From positions 310,001 to 374,000 of the forward strand of contig BAAIJX010000007.1 of assembly GCA_054600435.1 (NCBI GenBank): 64,000 nt of DNA, read 5' to 3'. Source of the stretch: Neophaeotheca triangularis. Lineage: Eukaryota. Positions 47,804-59,519 of the stretch are shown here, in pieces (within the stretch, counting starts at the first letter, position 1; each line of letters starts with the position of its first letter). Below the pieces are notes generated by a model. That model worked only from the letters and a program-made list of their open reading frames with translations, was not told where the DNA came from and did no database searches. The translations under genes and the position numbers were made by a program.

Positions 47804-49057
47804 ATGAGCACCCAGGATGGATCAACCAACTTTTCTTTCGACTTCGACACATGCAAGGACCTCGACTTCAATTTCGACTGTGACTTTGACTTCGGCAACG
47901 ATGGCACGCTCAACGACCTCAATCAGTTCACAACAGACGCAAGTGAAGATCTGGGAGGCGATGTCACACCTACCCGTGCCACTGGCAGTTGGTCATACGA
48001 TCCCTCTCGTTGGACTCTAGTCCCATCTGCTGTTCCCATTCACACCGCCGCCTCAACCACGCCTGAAGGCTCTAGTTACGGTGCTCCTCAAGAACTTCAG
48101 CCGATCACGAACCCCAATCCCCCTCTCCTCCACTCAAACACCCCCTACCGTCATCTCTGCTGGCATGAGAGCATAGGTTGGTACTACATGAGCGCCCCTA
48201 CACGCCCGAACACTTTCCAATCCCACATTGTAGGTTTCTACGAGCGCGCTCCTGTTCCATCTAAGTTCAGGACCGTCTCAACCAAAGACGAGCTCAACAC
48301 CAACTATGTCTCGCAAGATCTCGACTTGCCGCCACAGACCATCGCTCCCATCCCGCGGATGCCCACTTACCTCCCACCTCAGCCAACCACCTTTCAATCC
48401 CCCCAACCCCCCCAACCCTTGCTAACCCAGAACTCAGACCCCCAACCCTCCACCCACAAGCGCAAATGCCCCTTCCCTGAGCCCACCCTCCAGCCCGCAC
48501 CAAAGCGCCGCCAACCCAAAGACCGCGACTGCACCGAAGAATGCAGAGCCAACATCGCCTCGGCGAACCGCGAGCACATCCCCCGCCCGCGCAACGCCTT
48601 CATTTGCTTTCGCAGCGACTACAGCAAAGCCAACTCCGAACTCAAAAACCACCAACACGTCTCCTTGCGCGCCGGGTTGGCTTGGAAACAAGCTCCCGAC
48701 GACGTCAAGGAGCGGTACCACCAGCAGGCTGCCGCGGAAGCCAAGGAGCATCGGCGCAAGTACCCCGGATACAAGTTCAACCCGACAAAGAAGAGTTGCA
48801 TTTGCGGTAACATGGTTGGGTACAAGGAGAAGAAAGTGCGTGGCGGTTTGCGGCGAGAGGATGGGGATGAGGATGAGGAGGATGAGCTGGATCTTGATGA
48901 TTATGCTCACCCGGCTGTTCGCTTTCGCAAAGCTCCTATCGCTCCCACTGAGGCGCGGCCGCTGCGTAGGTCAACGCGTTTGGAGAGCAAGGGGCCGCAG
49001 CAGGAGGTACGTGCGGTTGACGATGAGGATGATGAGGACGACGACGAGTTTGAGTAA
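47804..49057 (+). CDS. HMG-box (SOX/MATA-type) transcription-factor-like protein
   Basis: HIPRPRNAFICFR...W.....VKERY...A..EAKEHRRKYPGYKFNP; acidic/Phe-rich N-terminus; intronless. Confidence 0.85.
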   Translation: MSTQDGSTNFSFDFDTCKDLDFNFDCDFDFGNDGTLNDLNQFTTDASEDLGGDVTPTRATGSWSYDPSRWTLVPSAVPIHTAASTTPEGSSYGAPQELQPITNPNPPLLHSNTPYRHLCWHESIGWYYMSAPTRPNTFQSHIVGFYERAPVPSKFRTVSTKDELNTNYVSQDLDLPPQTIAPIPRMPTYLPPQPTTFQSPQPPQPLLTQNSDPQPSTHKRKCPFPEPTLQPAPKRRQPKDRDCTEECRANIASANREHIPRPRNAFICFRSDYSKANSELKNHQHVSLRAGLAWKQAPDDVKERYHQQAAAEAKEHRRKYPGYKFNPTKKSCICGNMVGYKEKKVRGGLRREDGDEDEEDELDLDDYAHPAVRFRKAPIAPTEARPLRRSTRLESKGPQQEVRAVDDEDDEDDDEFE

Positions 49058-49582
49058 ACGCTTTTGCTTTTTCTTTTTCTGTGGGTGAGTGTGTTAACAT
49101 GGGAAAGCATCAATCGGCGAGGGAGGTTGGTCATGCATAGTGTTTCTCGGCTAAGGTAAGGATATGATCGCGAAACGGCAGGCTGGTCCTCTACATTACC
49201 CGGATTTTGTCTTGTTTCCTTTGTCTTTATCTCGGTTCGGGCTAGGTTAACAGGCGTTTTAGTAGATATTGTCTGACACAAATTGTATTAGTCACTATGC
49301 GTTCCTCTATCCCAATTTGTTTATCTTGTTTGTAGCGTCGTATCCGATTTCCCCAATTTGTATAGGTAAAACCTATGGAGAGAATATCTAAGTGCTATAC
49401 TTAGGACGCTTAATGAACGGCCTAGAACATTCGATTGTGTTGGTGTTCGGCAACGATTCTTTCGCCAAAGAGTTTACAAGAAGCTATCAAGATGATAGAG
49501 TACTATAGAAATGTCTCAGACTTGCTGCTACACCATTCAATGCAAAGTTGCCGTATCCAGATGAAATACAAGACCGAACAGA

Positions 49583-50643
49583 TCACACAGCACTGTAGCC
49601 TCCTCTGTCACCGCCTAAGCTCACAGAGTTCTTCACGCCACCGACCCAGTCCTTGACCATGTAGGGGAGATCGCGGATTGTGTCACCGTGTGGAACGAGA
49701 TCCCAGCCTCGAGCTCCGTAGCGGTTATAGTTGAGCCAGCTCCCGAAGATGATATACGCTGCTGCAAGTAGGAAGACACTGTAATTGCATCTGTTAGCGT
49801 GACTCCCGAGCGGCTGTGGGTATATAACACTCACATGATCAGGAACCAAGTGAAAAAGCCCCAGCTCCCTTTACTGCCCTTTTTGGGCTCCTTCGGCTCG
49901 TCTGCCGCACCTTCACAGGCATGTTTTGTCTTCCACGACAAACGCAGCGTGCCAGTCTCTTCGTCCTCTTCGCCTTCATCCTTGTAGCTCACAAATTGCA
50001 GACTCTGACCTTTGTCCGGATCAGGCAGTTTGTGAGGCTCATCGTCCTCATCATCATCGCCCTTTTCCTTCTTGGCTACCCTCTTCACCTTGTCCTCATC
50101 CTTGTCGAAACCCTCGTTTCCCGTGACATCCTTGTCGCAAATAAACTCAATGATGGCCCTTTGCTGTTTCCCACTACGCTCGTCGAATGGAAACCTCCCC
50201 CCGTTCAGCGTAGCCCTCAGACCTTCCCTTTTGCTGTCGCCGTGGCTCTTGCTCCCCTTTAGCCTCTCAAATACCGGGTCCAAGGGTCTTCCATGCGTTG
50301 TTGAGAATTCCCCGGCTATCGGTATCACGGAGCGGATGATCTCCTTGTCCTCGATGGGGTTGTAGTCGCTCTCAATACCGCAGATTCGAGTTCCCATTGG
50401 ACATTCTTCGGTTTTGGGAACACCTTTGGTTCGGCCCAACTGGTCGCAAATGTCGATTGTGAAGGTGGTGTTGCTGATGGAGGGTGGAATAGCCGCTAGG
50501 TGGTGGACAGTCTTGGGACCGCCTAGCGGGGAGAGATCGAAGTGTTGTTTATCTACTACTATATTCTCGCAGTCCAGGGTTACGGCGCGGGCTGTCGAGA
50601 AGGATAGGAGGAGTAAGCTCAGGGTGGTGGTGAGCGACGCCAT
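49583..50643 (-). CDS. ATG27: Autophagy-related protein 27 (M6P-receptor-homology type I membrane protein)
   Basis: Signal peptide, FDLSPLGGP, IEFICD, LSWKTKHACE and WGFFTWFLI; YNRYGARGWDLVPHGDTIRDLPY...GGYSAV*; one intron. Confidence 0.92.
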
Positions 50644-50852
50644 GGCGGCCGTGTTGGAACGCGACCTGATGGGAAGTTCCAGGAGACTTAATAGTGTCGC
50701 TCTATTTATCCACGCTCACACCAACGACAAGATGAGAGATGATCTGTTATTGACCGCGGCAGGAAGTCACGAGCATCTCGAAGATGATGTCGCTCGGGCA
50801 CGTCGGTGGTCGGCCAACTTTCGAGCCGGATCGTTTAGTTAGCCATTATCAG

Positions 50853-50860
50853 CACGTGAC
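50853..50860. promoter_or_regulatory. CACGTGAC E-box in the ATG27/CENP-X divergent promoter
   Basis: Motif seen directly. Confidence 0.4.
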
Positions 50861-50978
50861 TAGTGATATCTTCGCGTAGAGCGATCGCGTTCACCGCGTC
50901 TTCCTCCCGATCTGCACATACAACTTACCACCAGCTACCTTACCTACTCCACACACAGTGCGAAAGTCAGATAGCACA

Positions 50979-51812
50979 ATGCCTCCTCGCAAGGAACCCA
51001 AAGAAACTGTCACCTATTCACTCGGCTCGAAGCGACCATCACAGGCCTTCAAACCGCAACGACCAAGCAAACAGCCGAGAGTGGAGAGTACAGAATCGCA
51101 GGCATCCGCCTCAGCGTCAGGCTCTACAAAATACAGCAATTCCAAGAACGTCATCTACGCCGACGCTCCTGCAAGAAAGGGAACGAGCAAACAGTTCAAA
51201 GCTGGTGCAGACAGAAGGGCAGGGCTAGCTCAAAAGAAGAATGGGAGGAAGACGGTTGTAGATATCGCATCATCAGACGAAGACGAGCCGCAGAGAGCAG
51301 CAACCGGCAGTGGCGATGAGGTCGAAGATGAAGAAACCACAGCAGCAATACCGTCCGACGACGAGGGTTCAGATGATGAGCTACCTGCCAACCCACTAGC
51401 CGTGAGACCGATAAAGGCCAAACCACAACCGGGCAAGCCGACGCAGAAGAAGCAAGCGCCAGCCCGACGCAAAACTGCGACTGTCCCAGATCCTGTCTCC
51501 TCACCCATGGCATCAGATCCGCCACCTTCTCCTCCACCAATGCCTTCCCAACCCGAAGGCCCTGGCGTCCCCCAGCCGCTTCTCGTGCGTCTTATGCATG
51601 AGCACTTTGCGGACAAGTCGACCAAAATCGACAAGCATGCCATTCAGGTTTTGCAGAAATACTTCGAGGTGTATGTCCGAGAGGCGATTGCTCGGACGGC
51701 TCAGTGGAAGAGTGAGCAGGTCGCTGATGGAAAGGCCGGGCAAGAAGACGAGAAGTGGTTGGAGCTTGAGGATTTGGAGGGAGTGGCCGCAGGTATGGGG
51801 CTGGATTTTTAA
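50979..51812 (+). CDS. CENP-X/MHF2 histone-fold protein with a long disordered N-terminus
   Basis: C-terminal PQPLLVRLMHEHF...TKI...QKYFEVYVREAIAR...LELEDLE.VA..M.LDF. Confidence 0.85.
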   Translation: MPPRKEPKETVTYSLGSKRPSQAFKPQRPSKQPRVESTESQASASASGSTKYSNSKNVIYADAPARKGTSKQFKAGADRRAGLAQKKNGRKTVVDIASSDEDEPQRAATGSGDEVEDEETTAAIPSDDEGSDDELPANPLAVRPIKAKPQPGKPTQKKQAPARRKTATVPDPVSSPMASDPPPSPPPMPSQPEGPGVPQPLLVRLMHEHFADKSTKIDKHAIQVLQKYFEVYVREAIARTAQWKSEQVADGKAGQEDEKWLELEDLEGVAAGMGLDF

Positions 51813-51918
51813 TGCCCAATTCTTGAAGTGGACGATTCGTCCGTCGTAGCTTCCACATACCCGTAGAAGGGAATGACGATCTGCCACGCATGCCATGCCA
51901 GTGCTTCCGAGGGCTCGT

Positions 51919-52920
51919 TCAGGTCTTCCTCGCCTTCTTGAAGTCTCTAGTGTCCATTCTCGGTCCCGAAGCAGCCCGCTTTCTGTCCTCCATCAGTCTT
52001 TGCCTCCCCGAGACAGCTGGCTTTGTAGCCTTCTCAATCTTTTCACTCTTGACACCTCTCATACCACCCTTAGCCGCCATGATGCCTCTTTTGTTCTGCG
52101 CCGCTTTACCAGCCGGAATGACGCCAGTTCCCCTCACATCCTTTTGCAGCCTCAACCACTGCTTCTTCTTCCTCCTAATCTCATTTTTCCGCATCCGTCT
52201 CCTTTGCTTATTCGTCGTACCAACCAATTGATCCCGACCAGTAGGCTCCACAGACCCACGCTCATCGTATTCTTTGAGCAGCTCCATAGGCAATCGTGGA
52301 GGCTCGTCCGCATCAGGAACCAAAGTGTCCTCTTCCCCGTCTCCATCCTCTTCGCTACCGCTGGTAGCACCATCTACCTCTTCGTCAGTCGCAGGCAAAG
52401 CCGCAGCAGCAGTAGTCACACCCTGCACCTCCGTCGGCTCATCCTCCTCACTCCCCGACTCAGGATCAGTATGAAACTCCTCCTCATCCTCATCCTGATC
52501 CTCATCCTCATCATCAAGTCCCTCAATAGCAGTGTGAAAAGCTTCATCCTCAGTCCCCGTACCCGTTCCCGCCTCAGAAGAAGCAATCTCCTCGGCAACA
52601 TCACCCCCAACCCCTCCCTCCCGCCTCCCAACAACAACAGGCGCGCTCCTCTCATCCGCCTCACGCGCAACATGTCTCCCAGCTTGCGCGGCATCCCCCG
52701 CCGTCCCCATCAATTCTGGCGCATCGTCGTCGCTCTCGTCCGCAGACTCCGACTCAGCAGCATGATCGAGCAGCGTCTGCGCAGGCCCAGAAGCGCTGAA
52801 GTTATCCGAGCTGGCGGTTCCCGGTCGCTCTGGGGAGGCGGCAGCGGTCGCGGGTCGTTGTTGCTGTGCGCGAGTGCTGGCGCGCGTGCGTGGCCGCGCC
52901 GAGTCGAGCATGTAAGGCAT
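51919..52920 (-). CDS. Acidic/basic low-complexity protein, possibly Bud21/Utp16-like nucleolar protein
   Basis: 333-aa ORF; ESDDDAPE motif, PPRLPMELL and a basic C-terminus. The family call is a weak inference. Confidence 0.6.
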   Translation of the reverse strand: MPYMLDSARPRTRASTRAQQQRPATAAASPERPGTASSDNFSASGPAQTLLDHAAESESADESDDDAPELMGTAGDAAQAGRHVAREADERSAPVVVGRREGGVGGDVAEEIASSEAGTGTGTEDEAFHTAIEGLDDEDEDQDEDEEEFHTDPESGSEEDEPTEVQGVTTAAAALPATDEEVDGATSGSEEDGDGEEDTLVPDADEPPRLPMELLKEYDERGSVEPTGRDQLVGTTNKQRRRMRKNEIRRKKKQWLRLQKDVRGTGVIPAGKAAQNKRGIMAAKGGMRGVKSEKIEKATKPAVSGRQRLMEDRKRAASGPRMDTRDFKKARKT

Positions 52921-55900
52921 GCTGTGCTTTTGATCTGACCGTGCAATGTGTGCAGAAGTGGGAGGTTTTGGTGTTGATCGCGTGTCGAGATGGAGAAAGT
53001 GACATCAGATTTGTAACTTTTTTTTTTCCTTATGCGGTAAGTACATAAGGCTGGAGTTGTGCCAAGATTTACATGGGATTTTAATGCGCGCCAATCGGCA
53101 ACGAGGTAATCTGATATTATACAAAGGATTGTCTCTTGCAGAGGAACTGTCAAAAACAGTCTGGAAGATGCTTCTCTCCCAGAAAAGTTGGCAATCTATG
53201 GCCCAAATGGCACGAGTGAGAGCATCGAGTCCCAACACAATCAACCGTTTGGGAGCGACGACGCAGACGGATTGTCACGATGGGAGGGTGAGAGCTGTCT
53301 AGCATACTTCTCTAAATGCAGGGTGTGACACCCCATTTCGGAGGTTCTGACATGTAGCTGGGGTATGTACGTTCAAGAGCAATTAGGTCAATACCAGTAC
53401 GCGAGCTCGTTTGGTGTTCAAGTGGTGCACAGGCCTCATATCGCCGTCTTGCTCATCCCGACTTCATGTGCTTTAAACAATTTCCATACCACTGACATAG
53501 CATCCGTTGGCAAAGGTCTCGGGGCATCGCAATTGATATTTGAACTGGTGTCTACTGTGGACGGGATTTCGCTCATCCAGTGATCCAGTCTCTTGGTCAC
53601 TCAGCCCACCTGACTCCCGCAATCATGCAATTATGCGTTGACGAAGAGTCTCTTGCGGAACTGAACCATTTTCTCGCAAATTAGCCGGCTGGCCACTGTG
53701 GTGACTTGGTTGTGCTTGGATGGGCACCGTGTCGCTGTAATGGAGAGGTCTAGGCACTGGGCGACGGGTATCATGTAAGTCATTGACATGACCCAACGCT
53801 ACGGTTACGGTTGCGGCTGCGCAAGATGTCTTTGAACTGTGTCACCTGACGCGTCGTAAGCGGACATCATCCTAGATGAGTTTTTAGTCCTGGATACAAA
53901 GATTACCAGATCCAACCCGCTGGAAGAGGATCTAGTCCTACCGTTGAATCTGGGTATTGTCTAACCTCACCGAGACCAGACGGTACTGTATCACGGAGGA
54001 ACGCGATAGGTACTGGGGTTACACAACAATTCGTGATTTCGAGTATGTGCTGCTTAATCTGAGATAGCCTCGAAACTAGGAAACCCTGGGTCTACCGTCT
54101 GCACATGCTACTGCAAGTTCACCTAGGTCCTGCAGTTGCACGCTTGTGAAGACCCTTTCGGTGATTCGGCGTGGCGTGGCCTTCTTCGTCGTCTCTCTCC
54201 ACGTCTCAGACGACGTACTTGTCCCTACAGTGAGCGCAGGTGCTTAAAGATCTCCCAACGGTGCGTTTGACGTCACAATGAATACCAACGAAAGATGCGG
54301 ACGACCTTAGATGCGGACGACCTTGGATATCTCGCGAGAGGAGTAACATTGACGGCTGCATCCTCCTAGAGACGGCGGACTGGGGTGTACAGTAATGAAT
54401 ACGTGAATGGCGTTCCGGAGTGACACCTTGGCGGAGAGGAGTGTTCCTTGGAGATACCACTGTTACAGTATACAGTACACAGTAGGCCAGGCCGCGGCAG
54501 AGGCTCGCATGCAAGCGGGAGGTTGCAGGCGGCGGCCGCAGCCAACCGCTGTCGTGTAGGGTGGCGGTGTGCAACGCTGTGCCTGTACAGTATTTGTTTC
54601 GCCCGTCACACGGCGCTCTTGAGACGTTGAAGTCCAGAGCCGTCCATCCCAAGCAGCGCAAACAAGATCTGCTCGTGCGCGTGGTCTGGATCTTTCTTCA
54701 TCAGGGGCCTACTGGCTGCGTTGCCTTTTGTCCGAGGACGCGAGGCATTGTTATTGCTAGACGATGTATTCTGGATAAATGTAACGTCCAGAGCGTCTCG
54801 ATGTCCCGGCTGCTGCGCAAATGCGGCGATTTCGTTGGCTCAAATCGCAGGCGAAGAAGTGTGGTTGGTTTGTAGGATACTACCTGTATGTTGTGCATTT
54901 GCCGAACATTTAGGCACATCGGACCGAGCACTGCACCCACGCTGTCGGGTTTAAGCTAAGGCTCCCGGTGCTACGGGGACCGGAAGGCCCGAGTCTCGAG
55001 GTTTTGGGTTGCTGGGTGCAGGAGAGAGGCAGAGATTTCCCCGAGACCCGCTGGACCTGGAAACGTTTCCTTTGATGCACCAATTACTAGGTAGTTTGGT
55101 GAGTTGAAAATGTTGACTTGCAGACAAAACGCAAAGCTCCCAGGTAAAGACAGCTGTTAAGGGACTGTTGCCGCCATACGGCTTGGAGACTGACGACACC
55201 CATCAAAGGCGTTGCGGTGCGATGGTTCGGTTATGATACGGCACAGGATGCGCCGTCTGCAGTGACAGGGTTTCGGCACGGCATTGATCTGCGCGGTACA
55301 TGCAGGTCGGTTCTTTTACGACTCGCAACGTCTCCCTGTTGGCGCAATTTGGGAATGCGCACAGCACATGATGCTGGGAGGTCACTGCTTAGGCGCTGAT
55401 AGAAATGAGGAGGGAGGAGGGAGCTACAGGGCACAGGGCCAGAAGACGATCGCTTGTAGAAACACGCGGTCAGCTCGGCGACGACTTGTTGGGCAGCGAA
55501 GGTGAAGGGTGGGGTATGTAAAATGTCAAATGTCAATAGTCAGGGGAAAGGACGGGAAGCCACCGTGAGGTGCAGAATAATAAATGCAGGCAGACTCGGA
55601 GTCGCCAGGGGCCAGGGTCCAGTAGGGTTAATGAGAATAATCATGAAAGGGCAGGCCTACATACCTACAGGGGGCCAGGACAGTGGGCGGGGCTGCCCAA
55701 TTATGATATACCTTACTACTAGTATCAATAATGGATAGACAAACACAATAATCAGCAAACAGAGTGGGGTCGATCCATCTGCAAATTATCTCATAAAGGT
55801 ACATTTTTGTTGCATTTTCTCATATCTGTGTCCTGACCTTACTAAAGCGTCCTCCCATCCAGATACATTCGTCAATTGGAAGGCTATTGATTGCAGAGGA

Positions 55901-56065
55901 AGGTTACCGGAATCAATGCTGGACAACACGCCTTCGGGGAAGAACAATGGTAGGAGAAGAATTTGGTAGTCGTAAATATTATTACCTGGGTACCTAATGT
56001 CCGCCAGAATCCCGTCTGTTCTGGACAATCACAGAGGGGGTTTTGGGTAGCGACCAACGACAGGA

Positions 56066-56089
56066 CAGTCAGTCAGTCAGTCAGTCAGT
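56066..56089. repeat. (CAGT)6 microsatellite
   Basis: Read directly. Confidence 0.9.
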
Positions 56090-56600
56090 AGTGGGGAGAG
56101 AGGGGAAGACACACTTGTACACAGAAGTACATAGTACCTTATACGGTACACGATCTTCTTAACTCTTCTCTGCTGCACTCCTCCCGCCCTCTCCCATGCG
56201 CCTCAACCCAATCGAGTTGTTTTCTTGCAGCAGTAGCTCCTTATTATTATTGTTAGCTGCCTACCAGTGGACAGACTGACTTGGACTTCCACTTTTCCGC
56301 TACACTACCACCTTACCACTACTACTACTTCTACCTACTACTTGTCTCACCTTGCTGTGTTATTTGACACTATTGCAACCCCCTCCCCCTCCCTCCCCCT
56401 CCCCCCGACCGTCCTAGAGGTTGCACTTGTCCCACTCGCTAGATCGACCTTGCCTATCCTAGTCCTCCCCCTCTCGTCCAGAGAGAGCCCTAACCTTCGA
56501 CCGTGTCCCTCACCCAACTCGTTTACAAACAGACGGGAACCTTGGAAGACTTACCAAACATCCACACACATTCACGTCCCGCCCCATATCTGCAGACATC

Positions 56601-57886
56601 ATGCCCGGCCAACAGATGCGGATGCATCCAACCTTCTACCAGTCTTACGGTGACCGCTCCGACGACACGAAAATCACTCCGCTAGCCACATACCTTTTGC
56701 GCCTGATTCACTACAAGCGCACGAACCTGTGCGTTTCTGCCGATGTCACAAGCACAAGTGAGCTGCTCCGGTTAGCAGAGGAAGTGGGCGAGCACATCTG
56801 TATACTTAAGACTCATGCCGATATTGTGCACGATTTTGGTGAAAGAGCTGTGCGAGGATTGAATGAAATCGCAAAGAGGAAAAAGTTCCTTGTCTTTGAG
56901 GATCGCAAGTTCGGTGACATCGGGAGTACGACAATTCAGTGTCTTTCGGAAAAGAGTACACACTAACGGAGCTATTTACAGACACTGTTCAGCAACAGTA
57001 CACTGGAGGCCCGCTAAAGATTGTACAATGGGCACCCATCATCAATGCGCACATTTTCCCCGGTCCCGCGGTCATTACAGCTCTCGAGCAGGCCGCGCAA
57101 AAAGCCACAGCAGCCTACCACACTTCCGTAGCAACCACCATCTCCGCCTCTCCAGCTCCCTCGGCAATCGACTCTGGCGATGGAGATATTAGCCAAGAAG
57201 ACGACGATTACGATGATTACGACCAGCCAAACTCGCGCAGACCTGACATGGTACCCCAAGACGACCCAAACAATGACTACAGCAGCGACAACTCAAGCGA
57301 CGATGAAGAGCGCAAGGGTCGCAAGCACAGTGTGGTCAGCGTGAGCACCACTATCTCGACCAAAACCGAAGCCATCTCTCCGCAGCCCACCCTCCGCCCC
57401 TCGTTCAGCCGCAACAGCACCACTTCCTCCTCTAACGGCGACGAAGATGAATACTCTCCAGCGGAACTCGCCAAGCAGCTCGCCGAGCTCGAGCCTCCTA
57501 CCTTTGCGCGCTCACTGCTTCTGCTTGCGCAAATGAGCTCTGCAGGCAACTTCTTCACCCCTCAGTACACGTCGGCCTGCCTGCACCATGCCAGAGAGCA
57601 CCGAGAATTTGTCATGGGCTTCATCGCGCAACAGAGCCTTAACAGCCAAGAGGGGGACAACTTCATTACCATGACCCCAGGAGTGCAGCTGGCAGCTGGC
57701 GGTGACGCCATGGGACAGCAGTACAATACACCGCAGAAGGTCGTGGGCGAGGCTGGGGCGGATGTGATTATCGTTGGCAGGGGAGTATACGAGGCGAAAG
57801 ATAGGGCATCTGAGGCGGCCAAGTACCGGAAGCAGGGCTGGATGGCTTACGAGGAAAGGCTGAGAGCCGGAAGATCGAGGAAATGA
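56601..57886 (+). CDS. URA3: Orotidine-5'-phosphate decarboxylase (pyrG/pyr-4 type) with a large acidic insertion
   Basis: NLCVSADV, LKTHADI, FEDRKFGDIG|NTV, LLLLAQMSSAGN, TPGV, GQQYNTP and IIVGRG. Intron 56926-56981. Confidence 0.96.
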
Positions 57887-58272
57887 TGTGATGCTGAGAC
57901 GTTTTTGACGACTTTACGTTCTGGGGCTGCTTTCCAAGTATAAGCAAGCAGATGCCACCGTTTGGAATCGGGTGGCACCTGGCGCGTCTTGGCCAAGCAT
58001 GAGAGGTCTGTTCGCTGAAAGACGAATAGCGGGTATGAAAGTTAGACTTCACCTTTTAGAAGCGCTGCGTTACGCACGATGCGCTGGCGGCGACATTGCA
58101 TTCGAATGAAACCAACATTACTCAGCGTTGACTGGAAGATCCTCATTTCTCGTGTCAATATCGAAGCGCGCATTCCCAAGTGCTGGGGTATCCTTAAATG
58201 ATTCAAATGAGAGCCTGTTCCTCCTGATGAGACCCAACGCCAAGCACCGTGCTACTCTTTTCGACTGCAGCG

Positions 58273-59283
58273 TCACCGTCCAGCAAAGCCCTCCCCGGCA
58301 CCTTCAAGCGCCTGCACTACCGCCTCTAGCCCCTCCACTTCCTCCCTTCCTACCCTTCTGCCCCTTCCTGTCCCTCCTCCTGTCGATGCTTCCGGCTCAA
58401 CCCCTCTCCGCCGCAAAGCTTTCCTCGCCTGGCCGTCCAGATACCTTCTCCTCGTAGCTTCGTCATCAGAAATTCCCACTTCTGCTCCTGGCAGCGTCTG
58501 GAGACTCGTCTTCAACGTCTCCAACCCCTCTCTGATTTCCGGTAGCCTCTGCATCGCGCCCTTAACCCTCTCCACCAGATCTTCCGGTCTCATCTCCCCA
58601 ACCGCCTCGCCAGCCATAAATCCAAAAGGCGAAGTCCCCTCCATTGCTCCAGCGCCACCACCATTGAGCTCCCTCAAGCGACCCAAAAGCCTCTCATTCC
58701 TAGCCTCCTCAGCCTTGAGCGCAACACTCAGCTTCCCGCTCTCAGCCAACTTCTTCCTCAACCTCTGCACCTCCTCAGCCTCCATCTTTCCCCCATCTGA
58801 AACCGCACCATCAAGCTCAAGCCCCTGGTAATGCTTGAGTCTGATCCAAGACGCGAGTTCCTCACCCTCGTGCCCGACGCTGAGGATGTTGCGGAGAGTG
58901 TAGATTTCAAACTTGTCAAAGTCGCGATCGACGGTGGCGTTGAGGAGGGATTCGAGCTGTACTATGCCGTTTTCGATTTCGGTTTGTTTTGTTGTTTCGA
59001 GCGCAGTTTCTCGGTCTTCATCTGAGGGGGCCTGTTGCTGAGAGGAAGTGGTAGGTTTGAAGCCGAGAGTTCGTGCCGATGTCGATGAGAGGCCTTCTTC
59101 GATTGCGTTTATGGCTTGGAAAACCAGCTCGTTGACTGTGTTGATTATGTCGTCTAGGAGGGTCTGTACAGGAGGATTAGTTTGGGTTGCGTATCTCCGG
59201 AGAGAGATGTTCAAGCTCACCAACGGTGTGTATCGGAAGTGTTCAGTCAGCAGCGCATTGGCGATGTGATCTGATGCCGCCAT
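58273..59283 (-). CDS. MIS12: Kinetochore protein Mis12/Mtw1
   Basis: LLTEHFRYTPL|TLLDDIINTVN and EIENGIVQLESLLNATVDRDFDKFEIYTLRNIL; one 57-nt intron. Confidence 0.92.
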   Translation of the reverse strand: MAASDHIANALLTEHFRYTPLVSLNISLRRYATQTNPPVQTLLDDIINTVNELVFQAINAIEEGLSSTSARTLGFKPTTSSQQQAPSDEDRETALETTKQTEIENGIVQLESLLNATVDRDFDKFEIYTLRNILSVGHEGEELASWIRLKHYQGLELDGAVSDGGKMEAEEVQRLRKKLAESGKLSVALKAEEARNERLLGRLRELNGGGAGAMEGTSPFGFMAGEAVGEMRPEDLVERVKGAMQRLPEIREGLETLKTSLQTLPGAEVGISDDEATRRRYLDGQARKALRRRGVEPEASTGGGTGRGRRVGREEVEGLEAVVQALEGAGEGFAGR

Positions 59284-59402
59284 GGCTGGAAGTGAGAAGG
59301 ACAGTAATTCGTCACAATTGTCGCCGGCGCATACCTTACTTGCTGTATGTTTCGATGCGCGCGAGCAGCCGGTAAACAAAGCCCTCTGATAAGCAACTCC
59401 TG

Positions 59403-59409
59403 CACGTGA
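59403..59409. promoter_or_regulatory. CACGTGA E-box in the MIS12/RPS25 divergent promoter
   Basis: Motif lies near the centre of a 236-bp intergenic region. Confidence 0.45.
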
Positions 59410-59519
59410 TGATAAGAAAATGGACTGCCAAGCTTTTTCCCACTTTGCTAATTGCAGATTGAAGCAGAGCGTTGGAACCTCGACTTCACCTTGATCGTAC
59501 CATCCACACATAAGCAATC

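Noticed and set aside
2324..49057. Possible MAT locus (AP endonuclease plus HMG-box gene)
   Set aside because: The nuclease lacks an APN2-type C-terminal extension with a GRF zinc finger, the two genes are 44 kb apart, the HMG box lacks the MAT1-2-1 intron, and there is no SLA2 or COX13.
51895..52938. 347-aa plus-strand ORF
   Set aside because: L/S/R/I-rich antisense mirror of the acidic minus-strand ORF.
54590..54710. CTGATGA...GAAAC on the minus strand (hammerhead-like core)
   Set aside because: Spacing is too long and stems I-III cannot be formed.
50979..59283. Two kinetochore genes (CENP-X, MIS12) within 8 kb
   Set aside because: They are separated by unrelated genes, so coincidence is the simplest explanation without synteny data.
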